Assembly (NCBI GenBank): GCA_963822445.1
Contig: CAWGHO010000002.1
Span: 224,001-288,000, forward strand
Direction of reading: 5' to 3'
Length of the DNA: 64,000 nucleotides
Source: an uncultured Acidobacteriota bacterium
GTDB lineage: Bacteria; Acidobacteriota; Thermoanaerobaculia; Gp7-AA8
Part shown: positions 36,838 through 46,141 of the stretch, in pieces
Layout: each line of letters begins with the position of its first letter
Numbering within the stretch: position 1 is the stretch's first letter
The notes under the pieces: generated by a model
Told to the model about the DNA's origin: nothing
Databases searched by the model: none
The model's input: the letters and a program-made list of their open reading frames with translations, nothing else
Translations under genes and position numbers: made by a program

Positions 36838-37392
36838 CTAGCCCCGCAACTTGACCGCCGACACTGCCACCAGCGCCGCGGCGAGCAGGGAGAGCATCCA
36901 CACCGACAACGTCGGAACCGCCGGGGCACTGGCCGGAGGCCCGATCACCGTGAGCGTGGCGGAAGCCGGACCACCGTTGGGAGTTCCGGTCGCCGTGACT
37001 TGCGAGGTGGTGTTGAGATGCACGCCGAGCGCGATGCCCTGAACGAGCACGATGATGGTGCAGGACTGCCCCGCTGCCAGAACACTCGACGTGCTCGAGA
37101 ACGTCTCGGTGCCGGGGCTGATGGTGAACATCCCGCCGCCGGTGGCCGGCGTGCTGCACGTCCCGCCGATCTGCGTAATCAGATTGACGCCCGCCGGCAT
37201 CGTGTCGCTGAACTGAACGTTGGTAATCGGAAAGGCGTTCGGATTCGTGACGGTGATGGTCGCATCCGAATTGTCGTTGAGCATGACGATCGCCGGATCA
37301 AAGCTCTTGGTGATCGTCGGAGCGAGCGCCTGCGCGGATGCGTTCAGGGCCAACAACATCGTGAAGAGCGTCGCAACCAGCAATCGTTTCAT
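36838..37392 (-). CDS. Secreted DUF11-like Ig-domain protein with IPTL-CTERM sorting signal
   Basis: Signal peptide; PTITKSF, TVTNPN, FSDTMPAG, LAAGQSCTI; C-terminal VPTLSVWMLSLLAAALVAVSAVKLRG. Confidence 0.85.
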   Translation of the reverse strand: MKRLLVATLFTMLLALNASAQALAPTITKSFDPAIVMLNDNSDATITVTNPNAFPITNVQFSDTMPAGVNLITQIGGTCSTPATGGGMFTISPGTETFSSTSSVLAAGQSCTIIVLVQGIALGVHLNTTSQVTATGTPNGGPASATLTVIGPPASAPAVPTLSVWMLSLLAAALVAVSAVKLRG

Positions 37393-37514
37393 GTGGAGGC
37401 ACGATATTGATCAAGCCGCCTCCATGTCAAAGTCGCTCCCGTATTCAGTGGGTCAGCTTTCTGGTCGCTGCGCCGGCCGCGGCGCCGGGAATGTCTCCAA
37501 ACGCCCCTGAGTTC

Positions 37515-37544
37515 TTGCAACGCGCTGAGGGCCTGGGCTATCTT
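37515..37544 (+). promoter_or_regulatory. Putative sigma70 promoter of tRNA-Val(GAC)
   Basis: TTGCAA-18 bp-TATCTT. Confidence 0.55.
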
Positions 37545-37562
37545 CCGCCTCCAGCAGCACGC

Positions 37563-37639
<77 letters not shown>

Positions 37640-37652
37640 AATGCCCACAACC

Positions 37653-37680
37653 AACGCCGCCTTCGGGCGGCGTTTTTGTT
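37653..37680 (+). terminator. Rho-independent terminator after tRNA-Val(GAC)
   Basis: AACGCCGCC-TTCG-GGCGGCGTT followed by a T tract. Confidence 0.85.
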
Positions 37681-37727
37681 TGGCGTTTCTGGTCATGGAG
37701 TTGCAATTCATGAGTCAGGAGGTACTC

Positions 37728-38072
37728 ATGGCTGCAAGCAAAAAAAAGAAGAGTGCGACGACGTTGCGGAACGTCGTCGGTGGAGCGGTGGGCAGTGACG
37801 CGTTGCTCGATCTCGTGGAAAAGCTGGGCCTCGTCGACATCGTCGTCGGTCGCCTGAAATCGCGTCTCGAGGAAACGGATGTCGATGAGCTGTTCGACGA
37901 CCTCACCGACTACATGAAGCGCAATCCGGAAGTGCTCGTGGTGTCACTCGGCGCGCTCACCGTCGCGACCGGCCTCGTCGTTTTCCTGAACAGCCGCCGC
38001 GAGTGGGACGGCGCCGTGGAGCGCCGGGGAACGGGCAAGCGAGCTCCCGCGCGCGTCAAGCGCATCGCGTAA
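37728..38072 (+). CDS. Hypothetical protein with one C-terminal TM helix
   Basis: AGGAGG RBS before ATG 37728; VLVVSLGALTVATGLVVFL. Confidence 0.7.
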   Translation: MAASKKKKSATTLRNVVGGAVGSDALLDLVEKLGLVDIVVGRLKSRLEETDVDELFDDLTDYMKRNPEVLVVSLGALTVATGLVVFLNSRREWDGAVERRGTGKRAPARVKRIA

Positions 38073-38075
38073 TCC

Positions 38076-39203
38076 TCAAACGAACTGCGGGACTTCGGCC
38101 GCCGCCGCCGGCGGCTCGAAGTGTTCCTTCGATTCCCGCACGCGCAGCCGCGGGCCTCGCTCGATCACGGCCTGCGACACATCGATCCCCACCGATTTCC
38201 AGCCCGCCAGGACGGCTTCCTGCGGCGCGCTTCCGGCGCCGAAAAGCTCTCCGGCCGCGCGCCAGGTCGCGTCGGCGCAATGCTGGAATCGCGATCGCGG
38301 ACCGAGCTCGCGCGTCAGCGCCCGATACCAGATCCGTCCCGCGGTCTCCCAGGCCTTTCCGCCGAGGAGCGTGGCCACGCGATAGAAAGCATGGTTGGGG
38401 ATTCCGGAGTTGATGTGCACACCACGATCGTCCGCTGATGTCTTCACGTAGTTGCGCATGTGCGCGGGCTGCGGATCGTCGCCGAGAATCGGATCGTCGA
38501 AGGCGGTGCCCGGCGCGCTGAAGGAGCGGATGCCTTCGCCGTTCACGCGATCGGTGAGCAGCTCGCGGCCGACGATCCACTCCGTCGACGTCCCTTCCGC
38601 GTACTGCTTCACCATCAACCCGAACACGTCCGAGTAATGCTCGGCGAGCGCGCCTCCCTGTCCGCTGAAGGCGAAACCGGCCGCGAACTGCGTGACGCCA
38701 TGAGTAAGCTCGTGCGCGATGACGTCGAGCGCCGAGGTGAAGCGGCGAAAGTACTTGCCGTCGCCGTCGCCGTAAATCATCTGCCGGCCGTTCCAGTGCG
38801 CGTTGTTGAAGCCTTCGCCAAAGTGAACGGTCGAGTCGAGGCGCATGCCGCGGTCGTCGATCGAGCTGCGGGCATGCACGCGGCGGAAGTAGTCGTAGGT
38901 GCGCCCCGCTCCTTCGTAAGCCTCATTCACCGCAGCATCCCGCAAAGCCCGCCCACCCTCGGACCGCACGTTCAGGCCCGGCAGATCACGGGTCATGCGC
39001 GCGTCGAACACCGTGCGCTGCTTGCGGCGTGGCGGAAGGATCAACTCACCGGCGACGAGCGCGACCGCGTGGCGTTCCGCGCGGGGCGGCGCGGACATGG
39101 CCATGGTCGCCATCGCCCGAAGGCGATCCTCCCCGTCGCCGCGCGCGGCGATGTTGCGCAGGATGTGAGGCGGCACGATGCTGCAGAGCGCGCGTCGTCG
39201 CAT
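38076..39203 (-). CDS. Protealysin-like M4 metalloprotease
   Basis: Propeptide CSIVPPHIL, NNAHWNG, YGDGDG, AHELTHG, GVHINSGIPN. Confidence 0.92.
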   Translation of the reverse strand: MRRRALCSIVPPHILRNIAARGDGEDRLRAMATMAMSAPPRAERHAVALVAGELILPPRRKQRTVFDARMTRDLPGLNVRSEGGRALRDAAVNEAYEGAGRTYDYFRRVHARSSIDDRGMRLDSTVHFGEGFNNAHWNGRQMIYGDGDGKYFRRFTSALDVIAHELTHGVTQFAAGFAFSGQGGALAEHYSDVFGLMVKQYAEGTSTEWIVGRELLTDRVNGEGIRSFSAPGTAFDDPILGDDPQPAHMRNYVKTSADDRGVHINSGIPNHAFYRVATLLGGKAWETAGRIWYRALTRELGPRSRFQHCADATWRAAGELFGAGSAPQEAVLAGWKSVGIDVSQAVIERGPRLRVRESKEHFEPPAAAAEVPQFV

Positions 39204-39205
39204 TA

Positions 39206-39245
39206 CGGACCTACCTTGTCGCGGGATGGCGACAAGGTAGGTCCG
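39206..39245. other. Perfect 17-bp hairpin immediately upstream of the M4 protease start
   Basis: CGGACCTACCTTGTCGC-GGGATG-GCGACAAGGTAGGTCCG. Confidence 0.8.
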
Positions 39246-39271
39246 ATGAGCGCTGATTTCAACGGTTAGTT

Positions 39272-42200
39272 TTACGGCTCGATCGACACGGTGCCTGTGG
39301 CCTGCATCGTCTGCGTGCCGCAGGACGTGGCCGCGTACGCGGTGATCGTCGCCGACGTCGCTCCTTCGGCCGGGGCCGTGTAGCGCAGGGTGTACGTGAA
39401 CCAGTCCGAGCTGACGTAGGAGATCTCACCGGCCGTCGCTTCCCAGTAAAGCGTCGAGTAGTTGGCGCTGTACGGATACTCGAGCGTGAAGTCGAAGCTC
39501 CCGCCCGGGGCGACGGTCGTCACGGGCAGCGTCATAACCGGCGCCGCGATCTGTCCTTCGATGCCGATGAAGAAGCCGGAGCCGTAGCCCTCGCAGCCTT
39601 CGGCGAGGCGAATCCGCGACTCCAGCACGAGCGAGCCCGGCTCCAGACCTTCGATCGTGACCGTGGTCGCGTCGGAAGCAACGATCCGGCCGGCCGTGCC
39701 GACGAGCGACCAGATCACCTGCGCCCCCGCGGGAACGTTGTACGCGGTGTATGTCTGCGTCGTGCCGGTGCAGAACGACGAGCTGCCGCCCACCTGCGTG
39801 TACGGAACGCTGTTCGTAGCCTCGACGTAGATGCTGCTGCTGATGCCCGGCGTGCCGGTCGCGTCATGGAAACTGGAGAGATAAATCCAGCCGCCCGTCG
39901 TGACGTTGTGCGTCACGCTGGCCTCGCTGGTGGTGAACGTCTCGCCGGTATCGCTCCACGTTCCCGTGAAAGGCGCGGTCCCGGTGAAGGTGGCGGTCAC
40001 TACCTGCCCGCACGCGCTCGGGCTCGCGGTGAACGTCGCGGTCGGGGGCGCCGGAAGGACCTGCATCGTGCGCGTCGCTTCGAACGCCACTCCGCAATTC
40101 GTGGTGCCGAAGATGCGCACCAGCGAGTCGCCAGTGCCGTGCGTGCTCGTGTAACTGATGACGTAGTAGCCCGGCCAGGGATTGCTCTCGATGGCCATGG
40201 CGTCGCCGAATGAGTTCTCGAACTGGAGCGTGGCCGTGTTCGGATCGACCCAGACGCCGAAGGTCGTGCTCTGTCCCTGATAGACGCCGTACAGATCGAA
40301 CCACGGCTGCTGCACGTATCCGCCGACATTGAGGGACTGCCACGCCGCCTTCGCGCTGCATGCGCCGGGGCCGACGAGCTGCACGCTCGCTGCGACGTAG
40401 AACTCTCCGGCCTGGATGACGATCGAGCTCGTTCCCTGACCCGAGACGATCGTGCCGCCCTGGACTTCCCAGTTCGCGGTCGCACCTTCCGGCAGGGGCG
40501 TGGTGAGGGTCGCGGTGACCGTGCTGTTCGGGCAGGCCGACGTCGTGTTGTACGCAAAGTCAGGCGCCGGCAGGGCAACGTAGTCGAAGGTCGCGGAGCC
40601 GGTCACGACGCCTGGGCCGTTCGCATCGCTGAACTGCGTGATCGTGTACGTGCCGGGGCCGTCCGGATAGAGGCTGATCCATGGATATTCGGCGTAGAAG
40701 GTCTGGCCGTTGCTCCAGGTGCCGGTGAACGGCGCGGTGCCGGTGAGGTTGGCGTAAACGTAAAAGTTTGTGCAGTCGGTGCCGTACTTGTCGACCGTCG
40801 CCGTCGCCTGCACCGGCGCACCCGCGTTGATGGTCAACGTCGTCGACGCGGTGTTCGTCAGGAAGCATTCGTTCTGCATGTTGACGCTGATCGTCGCGAC
40901 GCCGGCGCCATTCGTGGAGCGGTATTCGTACGCGTAGGTGTACTCGTCGACTTCACCGATCGGGAAGATGTTGTCGCCGAGGGAACTGGTGACGCTCCAG
41001 CCGGTGGCGTAATCGTTCAGTCGGGTGACCTTCACGACGGCCGTCCCGCCCGCATCGATCGTCGATGGCTCCACCGTCACCGAAGCCTCGGGCGTCCCCA
41101 GGGTCACGAAAAACGGGAAGGTGTACTGCGACGTGCAGCCAGCGGCGTTGGTGAAGGTTGAGGTGACGGTCGTGTTTCCGGGCTCATTGCCGTAGAACTC
41201 GAGAACCGGCGTGCCCTGACCGGAAACGATGGTGCCGTTCACGATCGACCAGGTGACCGTGACTCCATCCGGAACCGGAACGAGCAGGCGGGCGACACGA
41301 ACGAGCCCGGGGCACGTGCGCGTGCCGTAGTACCAGCCGTTCACGATGTCGTCGTACGCGTATGTCGGCTCAGGCAGACCGAGGGACGTGATCACGGCGC
41401 TGCCGGTGACCTCGCCGGGGCAGGAGTTGCTGTCGGTGAAGCTGGAGATGGTGTACGTGCCTGGCGTGTTGGCGACGCGCACGAGCTGGCTGTCCATCGT
41501 GTAGAACGGCTCGCCGTCGCTCCAGTAACCGAAGAACGGCGCGGTGCCGGTGAAGTCGGCTGTGATGGTGCCCGCATCGCACGAGCTGCCGCCGCTGACC
41601 ACTGCCTTGGGCGCGCAGTCCTGGACCAGGTAAGTCCAGGTCACGGTGCGCGTGCAGGTGCCGGTCGAGACATGCACCAGGACGCGGAAGAATCCGGTCG
41701 CAGGCGTCTTCACGCGCAGCCAGTCAGATCCGGTCGCGAGGATCTCCGCGTTTTCCGCCGTGAAGGTCGCGCTCTCGTGCGGCGCAAGACCCACGAGCGT
41801 GAGCAGCAGATCGAAGCCCGGCGGGAAGTACGGCGTGGCCGGATTGGTGAGGAGGTAGAGGGCGGAGATCTGGCACTGCTGAATGGCGACAGTCGCCGTC
41901 GACCGAACCTCGCACACCGCCGAGTTGCTGTCGCCGCGCGTGATGAATGCGCTGAGTCGCACGGAGCCCGACGCGCCGGCGGTGACCTGCACGGTCTCGC
42001 CTTCGGTCGACGACAGCGTTCCACCGAGAACCGACCAGCGGACCGTGTGGCCGGGGCGCAGATCGACGGAGGCGGTGAAGGTCTCGTTCGCGTTGACCGC
42101 AGGCTTGCTGACCGTGATCGGCGCCGGCTGCACGTTGCAGAGGTCGACGTCGTACGTCAGGTCGCGGCTGAACATGCCGCACTCGGTGGCGACGGTCAGG

Positions 42201-42466
42201 GTCATGTGCTTCCGCCCCGGCAGCTCGGGAACGTAGGTGAACGACCGCTGAGCGGGAGACAGCGTCACCGGCTGATCGAAGTCGTGGCCGGTGATCGTCT
42301 GCGACAGCACGGGTTCATCGAGGAACCAGCTGACCCGGAAGGGCGCGCCGGTGCGGCCATCCTGGAAGCCGATCCCGGAAATGGGATTGACGCAATCGGC
42401 TCCGAAGGCGGAAAGAGAACACAGCATCAGTACAGCAGCCGCTAAAACGGACAGGTGTCGGCGCAA
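39272..42466 (-). CDS. Large secreted Thr/Ser-rich Ig/PKD-like repeat protein
   Basis: Signal peptide; three A.[FL]TGTAPF.G.WS repeats; repeated W.(I/V).GTIVSGQGT. Confidence 0.78.
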   Translation of the reverse strand: MRRHLSVLAAAVLMLCSLSAFGADCVNPISGIGFQDGRTGAPFRVSWFLDEPVLSQTITGHDFDQPVTLSPAQRSFTYVPELPGRKHMTLTVATECGMFSRDLTYDVDLCNVQPAPITVSKPAVNANETFTASVDLRPGHTVRWSVLGGTLSSTEGETVQVTAGASGSVRLSAFITRGDSNSAVCEVRSTATVAIQQCQISALYLLTNPATPYFPPGFDLLLTLVGLAPHESATFTAENAEILATGSDWLRVKTPATGFFRVLVHVSTGTCTRTVTWTYLVQDCAPKAVVSGGSSCDAGTITADFTGTAPFFGYWSDGEPFYTMDSQLVRVANTPGTYTISSFTDSNSCPGEVTGSAVITSLGLPEPTYAYDDIVNGWYYGTRTCPGLVRVARLLVPVPDGVTVTWSIVNGTIVSGQGTPVLEFYGNEPGNTTVTSTFTNAAGCTSQYTFPFFVTLGTPEASVTVEPSTIDAGGTAVVKVTRLNDYATGWSVTSSLGDNIFPIGEVDEYTYAYEYRSTNGAGVATISVNMQNECFLTNTASTTLTINAGAPVQATATVDKYGTDCTNFYVYANLTGTAPFTGTWSNGQTFYAEYPWISLYPDGPGTYTITQFSDANGPGVVTGSATFDYVALPAPDFAYNTTSACPNSTVTATLTTPLPEGATANWEVQGGTIVSGQGTSSIVIQAGEFYVAASVQLVGPGACSAKAAWQSLNVGGYVQQPWFDLYGVYQGQSTTFGVWVDPNTATLQFENSFGDAMAIESNPWPGYYVISYTSTHGTGDSLVRIFGTTNCGVAFEATRTMQVLPAPPTATFTASPSACGQVVTATFTGTAPFTGTWSDTGETFTTSEASVTHNVTTGGWIYLSSFHDATGTPGISSSIYVEATNSVPYTQVGGSSSFCTGTTQTYTAYNVPAGAQVIWSLVGTAGRIVASDATTVTIEGLEPGSLVLESRIRLAEGCEGYGSGFFIGIEGQIAAPVMTLPVTTVAPGGSFDFTLEYPYSANYSTLYWEATAGEISYVSSDWFTYTLRYTAPAEGATSATITAYAATSCGTQTMQATGTVSIEP

Positions 42467-42575
42467 GAAAAGCTCCTCTAAGCAGGATGGATGGACTTCT
42501 GGACGGCGCGCATGGTCGCACGCCCCTGGGGCTGAAGGGAAGAGTTATTTGAGACTACGACCGCCCCATACGCCG

Positions 42576-42584
42576 TGTTACAAT
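42576..42584 (+). promoter_or_regulatory. Extended -10 promoter element for the thrS leader
   Basis: TGTTACAAT ends 9 nt before the leader ATG. Confidence 0.6.
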
Positions 42585-42593
42585 CCGCGCCCC

Positions 42594-42659
42594 ATGTCCC
42601 GGACGGCCACAACGACTACGCGAACGACGAGCAGCACCACGCTCGCGCCCTGTCGTTGA
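42594..42659 (+). CDS. Thr-rich leader peptide MSRTATTTTRTTSSTTLAPCR
   Basis: 9 of 21 codons are Thr (ACG x6, ACA, ACT, ACC); directly upstream of thrS. Confidence 0.82.
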   Translation: MSRTATTTTRTTSSTTLAPCR

Positions 42660-42687
42660 TCGTTGTTTCCCCTAATTCGAAATGATC

Positions 42688-42719
42688 AAGACAGGGCTCC
42701 GGCCCTGTCTTTTGTTTTT
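42688..42719 (+). terminator. Attenuator terminator upstream of thrS
   Basis: AAGACAGGGC-TCCG-GCCCTGTCTT followed by TTGTTTTT; the 5' arm can alternatively pair with 42647-42661. Confidence 0.85.
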
Positions 42720-42732
42720 CCGTGAGGTTTCC

Positions 42733-44649
42733 ATGAACGTACAACTACCAGACGGATCGCTGAAGGAAGTTCCAGAGAACGCCACCGTGGCCGACGTCGC
42801 CGCGGCGATCGGCAAGCGCCTGGCCAAAGACGCCGTGGCCGGAAAAATCGACGGCAAGGTCGTCGACGTCTACGCCCCTGTTCACGACGGCGCGAAGATC
42901 GAGATCATTACCGCGAAATCCGAGCAGGGCATCGACACCATCCGCCACTCGACCGCCCACCTGATGGCCATGGCCGTCCAGGAGCTCTTCCCCGGCACGC
43001 AGGTCACCATCGGGCCGGTCATCGAGAACGGCTTCTATTACGACTTCGGAACCGATCGCCCGTTCAGCGAGGAGGACCTCCGCCGCATCGAAGAAAAGAT
43101 GCAGGAGATCGTGAAACGCGACCTGCCGGTCCGCCGCGAGGAATGGAACCGCGACGAGGCCATCGCCACCTTCGAGAAGATGGGCGAGCACTACAAGGTC
43201 GAGATCATCAAAGGCATCCCCGGCGACGAGCCGCTGTCGGTCTATCGCCAGGGGGAATGGTTCGATCTCTGCCGCGGACCGCACGTCCCCTCCACCGGCC
43301 GCCTCGGCGCCTTCAAACTGACCTCGGTGGCCGGCGCGTACTGGCGCGGCGATCAGCGCAACGCCATGCTCCAGCGCATTTACGGCACGGCCTGGGGCGA
43401 CAAGGAACAGCTCGAGGCGCACCTCAAGCAGGTCGAGGAAGCGAAGGCTCGCGATCACCGGAAGCTCGGCAAGGAGCTGGACCTCTTCCACTTCCATCAC
43501 TTCGCGCCCGGCGCCGCGTTCTGGACCCCGAAAGGCACGACCGTCTACCAGCTGCTCTCGCAGTGGATGCGGGACCTGACCCTTTCCAGCGGCTACGTCG
43601 AGGTGAAGACCCCGCTGCTTTACAACAAGGGCCTCTGGGAGATCAGCGGCCACTGGGACAAGTACAAAGAAAACATGTTCCTGGTGGAGAACAGCGAGAC
43701 CAAGGAACACGACTTCTCGCTCAAGCCGATGAACTGCCCTTCGCATCATCTCTATTACGGGATGAAGCGTCACAGCTACCGCGAGCTGCCCCTGCGCCTG
43801 CACTCCCAGGACGTGCTCCATCGCAACGAGGCCTCGGGCACCCTCAGCGGTCTGACCCGGGTCCGGCAGTTCGCCCAGGACGACGGCCACATTTACTGCG
43901 CCGAAGAGGACGTGCCTGAGGAAGTACGCCGCTTCGTGGCCTTGCTCGACCACGTCTACAGCGCAGTCGGTCTCGAGTACACGGCGAAGTTCGCGACCCG
44001 GCCGCCGGTCCGCATCGGTGACGATGCGCTCTGGGACCGCGCCGAGTCTCTCCTCCGCAGCGCCCTGGACAGCCTCGGCCGTCCGTACGAGATCAAGGAA
44101 GGGGACGGCGCGTTCTACGGCCCGAAAATCGACTTCGACGTCTCCGACAGCATCGGCCGCAAATGGCAGCTGGGAACGATCCAGCTCGACTACAACGCGC
44201 CGGCCCGCTTCGAGATGCACTTCGTCGGCGAGGACAACGCCATGCACCGGCCGGTCGTGCTGCACCGGGCGATTTACGGCTCGTTCGAGCGCTTCATCGC
44301 CATCCTCATCGAGCACTTCGGCGGCGCTTTCCCGTTCTGGCTTGCACCGGTGCAGGTCGCCGTTCTGCCGCTTTCGGAGAAGTTCGTCGACTACGCGGAC
44401 ACCGTCGAGAAGCAGCTCCTCGATGCCGGTCTCCGCGTCGAGACCGATCGCTCGAGCGACAAGCTGGGAGCCAAGATCAGGAACGCCCAGCTCCAGAAGG
44501 TCCCCTTCATGCTGGTCCTGGGAGAGAAGGAAGCCTCGACCGGCACCGTCAACCTGCGCAAGCGGACGGGGGAACAGGCCTCGATGACGATGGAAGAATT
44601 GCTGAGCACCGCCCGCGGTTTGGTGTCCGAACGTGCGTTGACTTTATGA
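42733..44649 (+). CDS. thrS: Threonine--tRNA ligase
   Basis: TGS domain, RHSTAHLMA, DLCRGPH, RDHRKLG, KPMNCP, GAFYGPKID, GSFERF. Confidence 0.98.
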   Translation: MNVQLPDGSLKEVPENATVADVAAAIGKRLAKDAVAGKIDGKVVDVYAPVHDGAKIEIITAKSEQGIDTIRHSTAHLMAMAVQELFPGTQVTIGPVIENGFYYDFGTDRPFSEEDLRRIEEKMQEIVKRDLPVRREEWNRDEAIATFEKMGEHYKVEIIKGIPGDEPLSVYRQGEWFDLCRGPHVPSTGRLGAFKLTSVAGAYWRGDQRNAMLQRIYGTAWGDKEQLEAHLKQVEEAKARDHRKLGKELDLFHFHHFAPGAAFWTPKGTTVYQLLSQWMRDLTLSSGYVEVKTPLLYNKGLWEISGHWDKYKENMFLVENSETKEHDFSLKPMNCPSHHLYYGMKRHSYRELPLRLHSQDVLHRNEASGTLSGLTRVRQFAQDDGHIYCAEEDVPEEVRRFVALLDHVYSAVGLEYTAKFATRPPVRIGDDALWDRAESLLRSALDSLGRPYEIKEGDGAFYGPKIDFDVSDSIGRKWQLGTIQLDYNAPARFEMHFVGEDNAMHRPVVLHRAIYGSFERFIAILIEHFGGAFPFWLAPVQVAVLPLSEKFVDYADTVEKQLLDAGLRVETDRSSDKLGAKIRNAQLQKVPFMLVLGEKEASTGTVNLRKRTGEQASMTMEELLSTARGLVSERALTL

Positions 44650-44700
44650 CGCCTTTATCCGTAGATTTGCCCACTTCACACAACTCAGGAGGACATTCGT

Positions 44701-45255
44701 ATTTTTCCACCACGCGGTAAACCCAGATTCGCCCCCCGTCCCGCCGAGCCCGAAAACCGTATCAACGACATGATCCGTGTCGCCGAGGTTCGCCTCATCG
44801 ACTCGGAGGGGAAGCAGGTCGGCGTCGTGCCGATCCAGCAGGCCCAGGAGATGGCTCGGGAAAAGGACTTGGATCTCGTCGAGATCTCGCCGACCGCGAA
44901 CCCGCCGGTCTGCAAGATCATGGACTACGGAAAGTTCATGTTCCAGCAGAAGAAGAAGCAGAGCGAAGCGAAGAAGAAGCAGAAGATCATCGTCGTGAAA
45001 GAGGTGCAGTTCCGCCCTCGGATCGACGAGCACGACTTCGACTTCAAGAAAAACCACGTCATCCGATTCCTCGAGCATGGGGACAAGGTGAAATGCATCG
45101 TCCGGTTCCGCGGACGCGAGATGACCCACATGGAGCTCGGCAAGGCCGTCCTGGACCGCCTGCTGATCGAAGTGAAGGAGCACGGGTCGTCGGAAAGCCC
45201 GAACCCGGACCTGCAGGGCAACCGGATGTCCGTGGTCATTGCCCCGAATAAGTAG
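44701..45255 (+). CDS. infC: Translation initiation factor IF-3 (ATT start)
   Basis: AGGAGG 8 nt before the in-frame ATT 44701; RINDMIRVAEVRLID, PPVCKIMDYGK, RFRGRE. Confidence 0.95.
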   Translation: MFPPRGKPRFAPRPAEPENRINDMIRVAEVRLIDSEGKQVGVVPIQQAQEMAREKDLDLVEISPTANPPVCKIMDYGKFMFQQKKKQSEAKKKQKIIVVKEVQFRPRIDEHDFDFKKNHVIRFLEHGDKVKCIVRFRGREMTHMELGKAVLDRLLIEVKEHGSSESPNPDLQGNRMSVVIAPNK

Positions 45256-45359
45256 GCGGTAGGCAGTAGGCGGTAGGCGGGGGAACGGGCCAACAACAGA
45301 ATCGCCGGTTCCCCTGCCTACCGCCTACCGCGAGGGCGCAACGCGCCCGTACCGCCTAC
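45252..45359. repeat. Heptamer-arm inverted repeat element (GTAGGCG)n...(CGCCTAC)n between infC and rpmI
   Basis: Same arms and internal hairpin position as 4375-4462, in opposite orientation. Confidence 0.88.
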
Positions 45360-45412
45360 TGGAATCAAATGAAGCCGCAACCCGTTACCGCCCAAGCTTT
45401 AAGGGGAAATCT

Positions 45413-45610
45413 ATGCCGAAAATGAAGACCCATCGTGGTGCCGCGAAACGGTTCAAGAAGACCGGGACCGGCAAATTGCAGCGCAACCACGCCTTCCACT
45501 CGCACATCCTGACCAAGAAGTCGCCCGGCCGTAAAGCCAAGCTGGCCGGCGAGGTCGAGGTCAGCCCCGCGAATGCGAAGACCGTGAAGCGGATGCTGCC
45601 CTACAAGTAG
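45413..45610 (+). CDS. rpmI: 50S ribosomal protein L35
   Basis: [21 protein letters not shown]. Confidence 0.97.
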   Translation: MPKMKTHRGAAKRFKKTGTGKLQRNHAFHSHILTKKSPGRKAKLAGEVEVSPANAKTVKRMLPYK

Positions 45611-45693
45611 CCTGATCAGGCTACGCAACGGAGCGAGTCCGGGTAATCACCACTCCTGACCCGGCCGCTCGAAAGAAAGGAAACTGGGAGACC

Positions 45694-46068
45694 ATGCCGA
45701 GAGTCAAACGAGGTCCAAAAAGAAAGAACCGCCGCGCAAAGATCCTGAAGCTCGCCTCGGGCTTCTACGGGATGAAGTCGCGCGGACACCGCATCGCGAA
45801 GCAGGCCGTCGACAAGGCCCTGAACTCCGCGTTTGCCGGCCGCAAAGATCGCAAGGGTGATTTCCGCACGCTCTGGATCGCCCGCATCAACGCCGCCGCC
45901 CGCCTGAACGGAATGTCCTACTCCCAGTTCATGGCCGGGATGAAAGCCGCCGGAAACACGATGGACCGCAAGATCCTCGCGGACATCGCCGTGCGCGACG
46001 CTGCCGCCTTCACCGCGCTCGTCGAGAGCGCCAAGGCCGGCCTGGCCAAGTCGCAGAAGTCCGCGTAA
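45694..46068 (+). CDS. rplT: 50S ribosomal protein L20
   Basis: [30 protein letters not shown]. Confidence 0.97.
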   Translation: MPRVKRGPKRKNRRAKILKLASGFYGMKSRGHRIAKQAVDKALNSAFAGRKDRKGDFRTLWIARINAAARLNGMSYSQFMAGMKAAGNTMDRKILADIAVRDAAAFTALVESAKAGLAKSQKSA

Positions 46069-46072
46069 CCAC

Positions 46073-46141
46073 GTGTAGTGTGGGCCTCCGGCCTACCTTT
46101 TGGTCCCCCGCCCGAAGGTAGGCCAGAGGCCCACACTACAC
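46073..46141. repeat. REP-like palindrome family A, copy 2
   Basis: GTGTAGTGTGGGCCTCCGGCCTACC...GGTAGGCCAGAGGCCCACACTACAC; contains the stop codon of the convergent gene. Confidence 0.9.

Noticed and set aside
42480-42732. T-box riboswitch upstream of thrS
   Set aside because: No AGGGTGGNACCGCG T-box motif or stem I seen; a leader-peptide model fits better
42682-42732. ORF-track start of thrS at 42682
   Set aside because: It runs through the attenuator terminator; ATG 42733 has a GAGG RBS and begins the TGS domain
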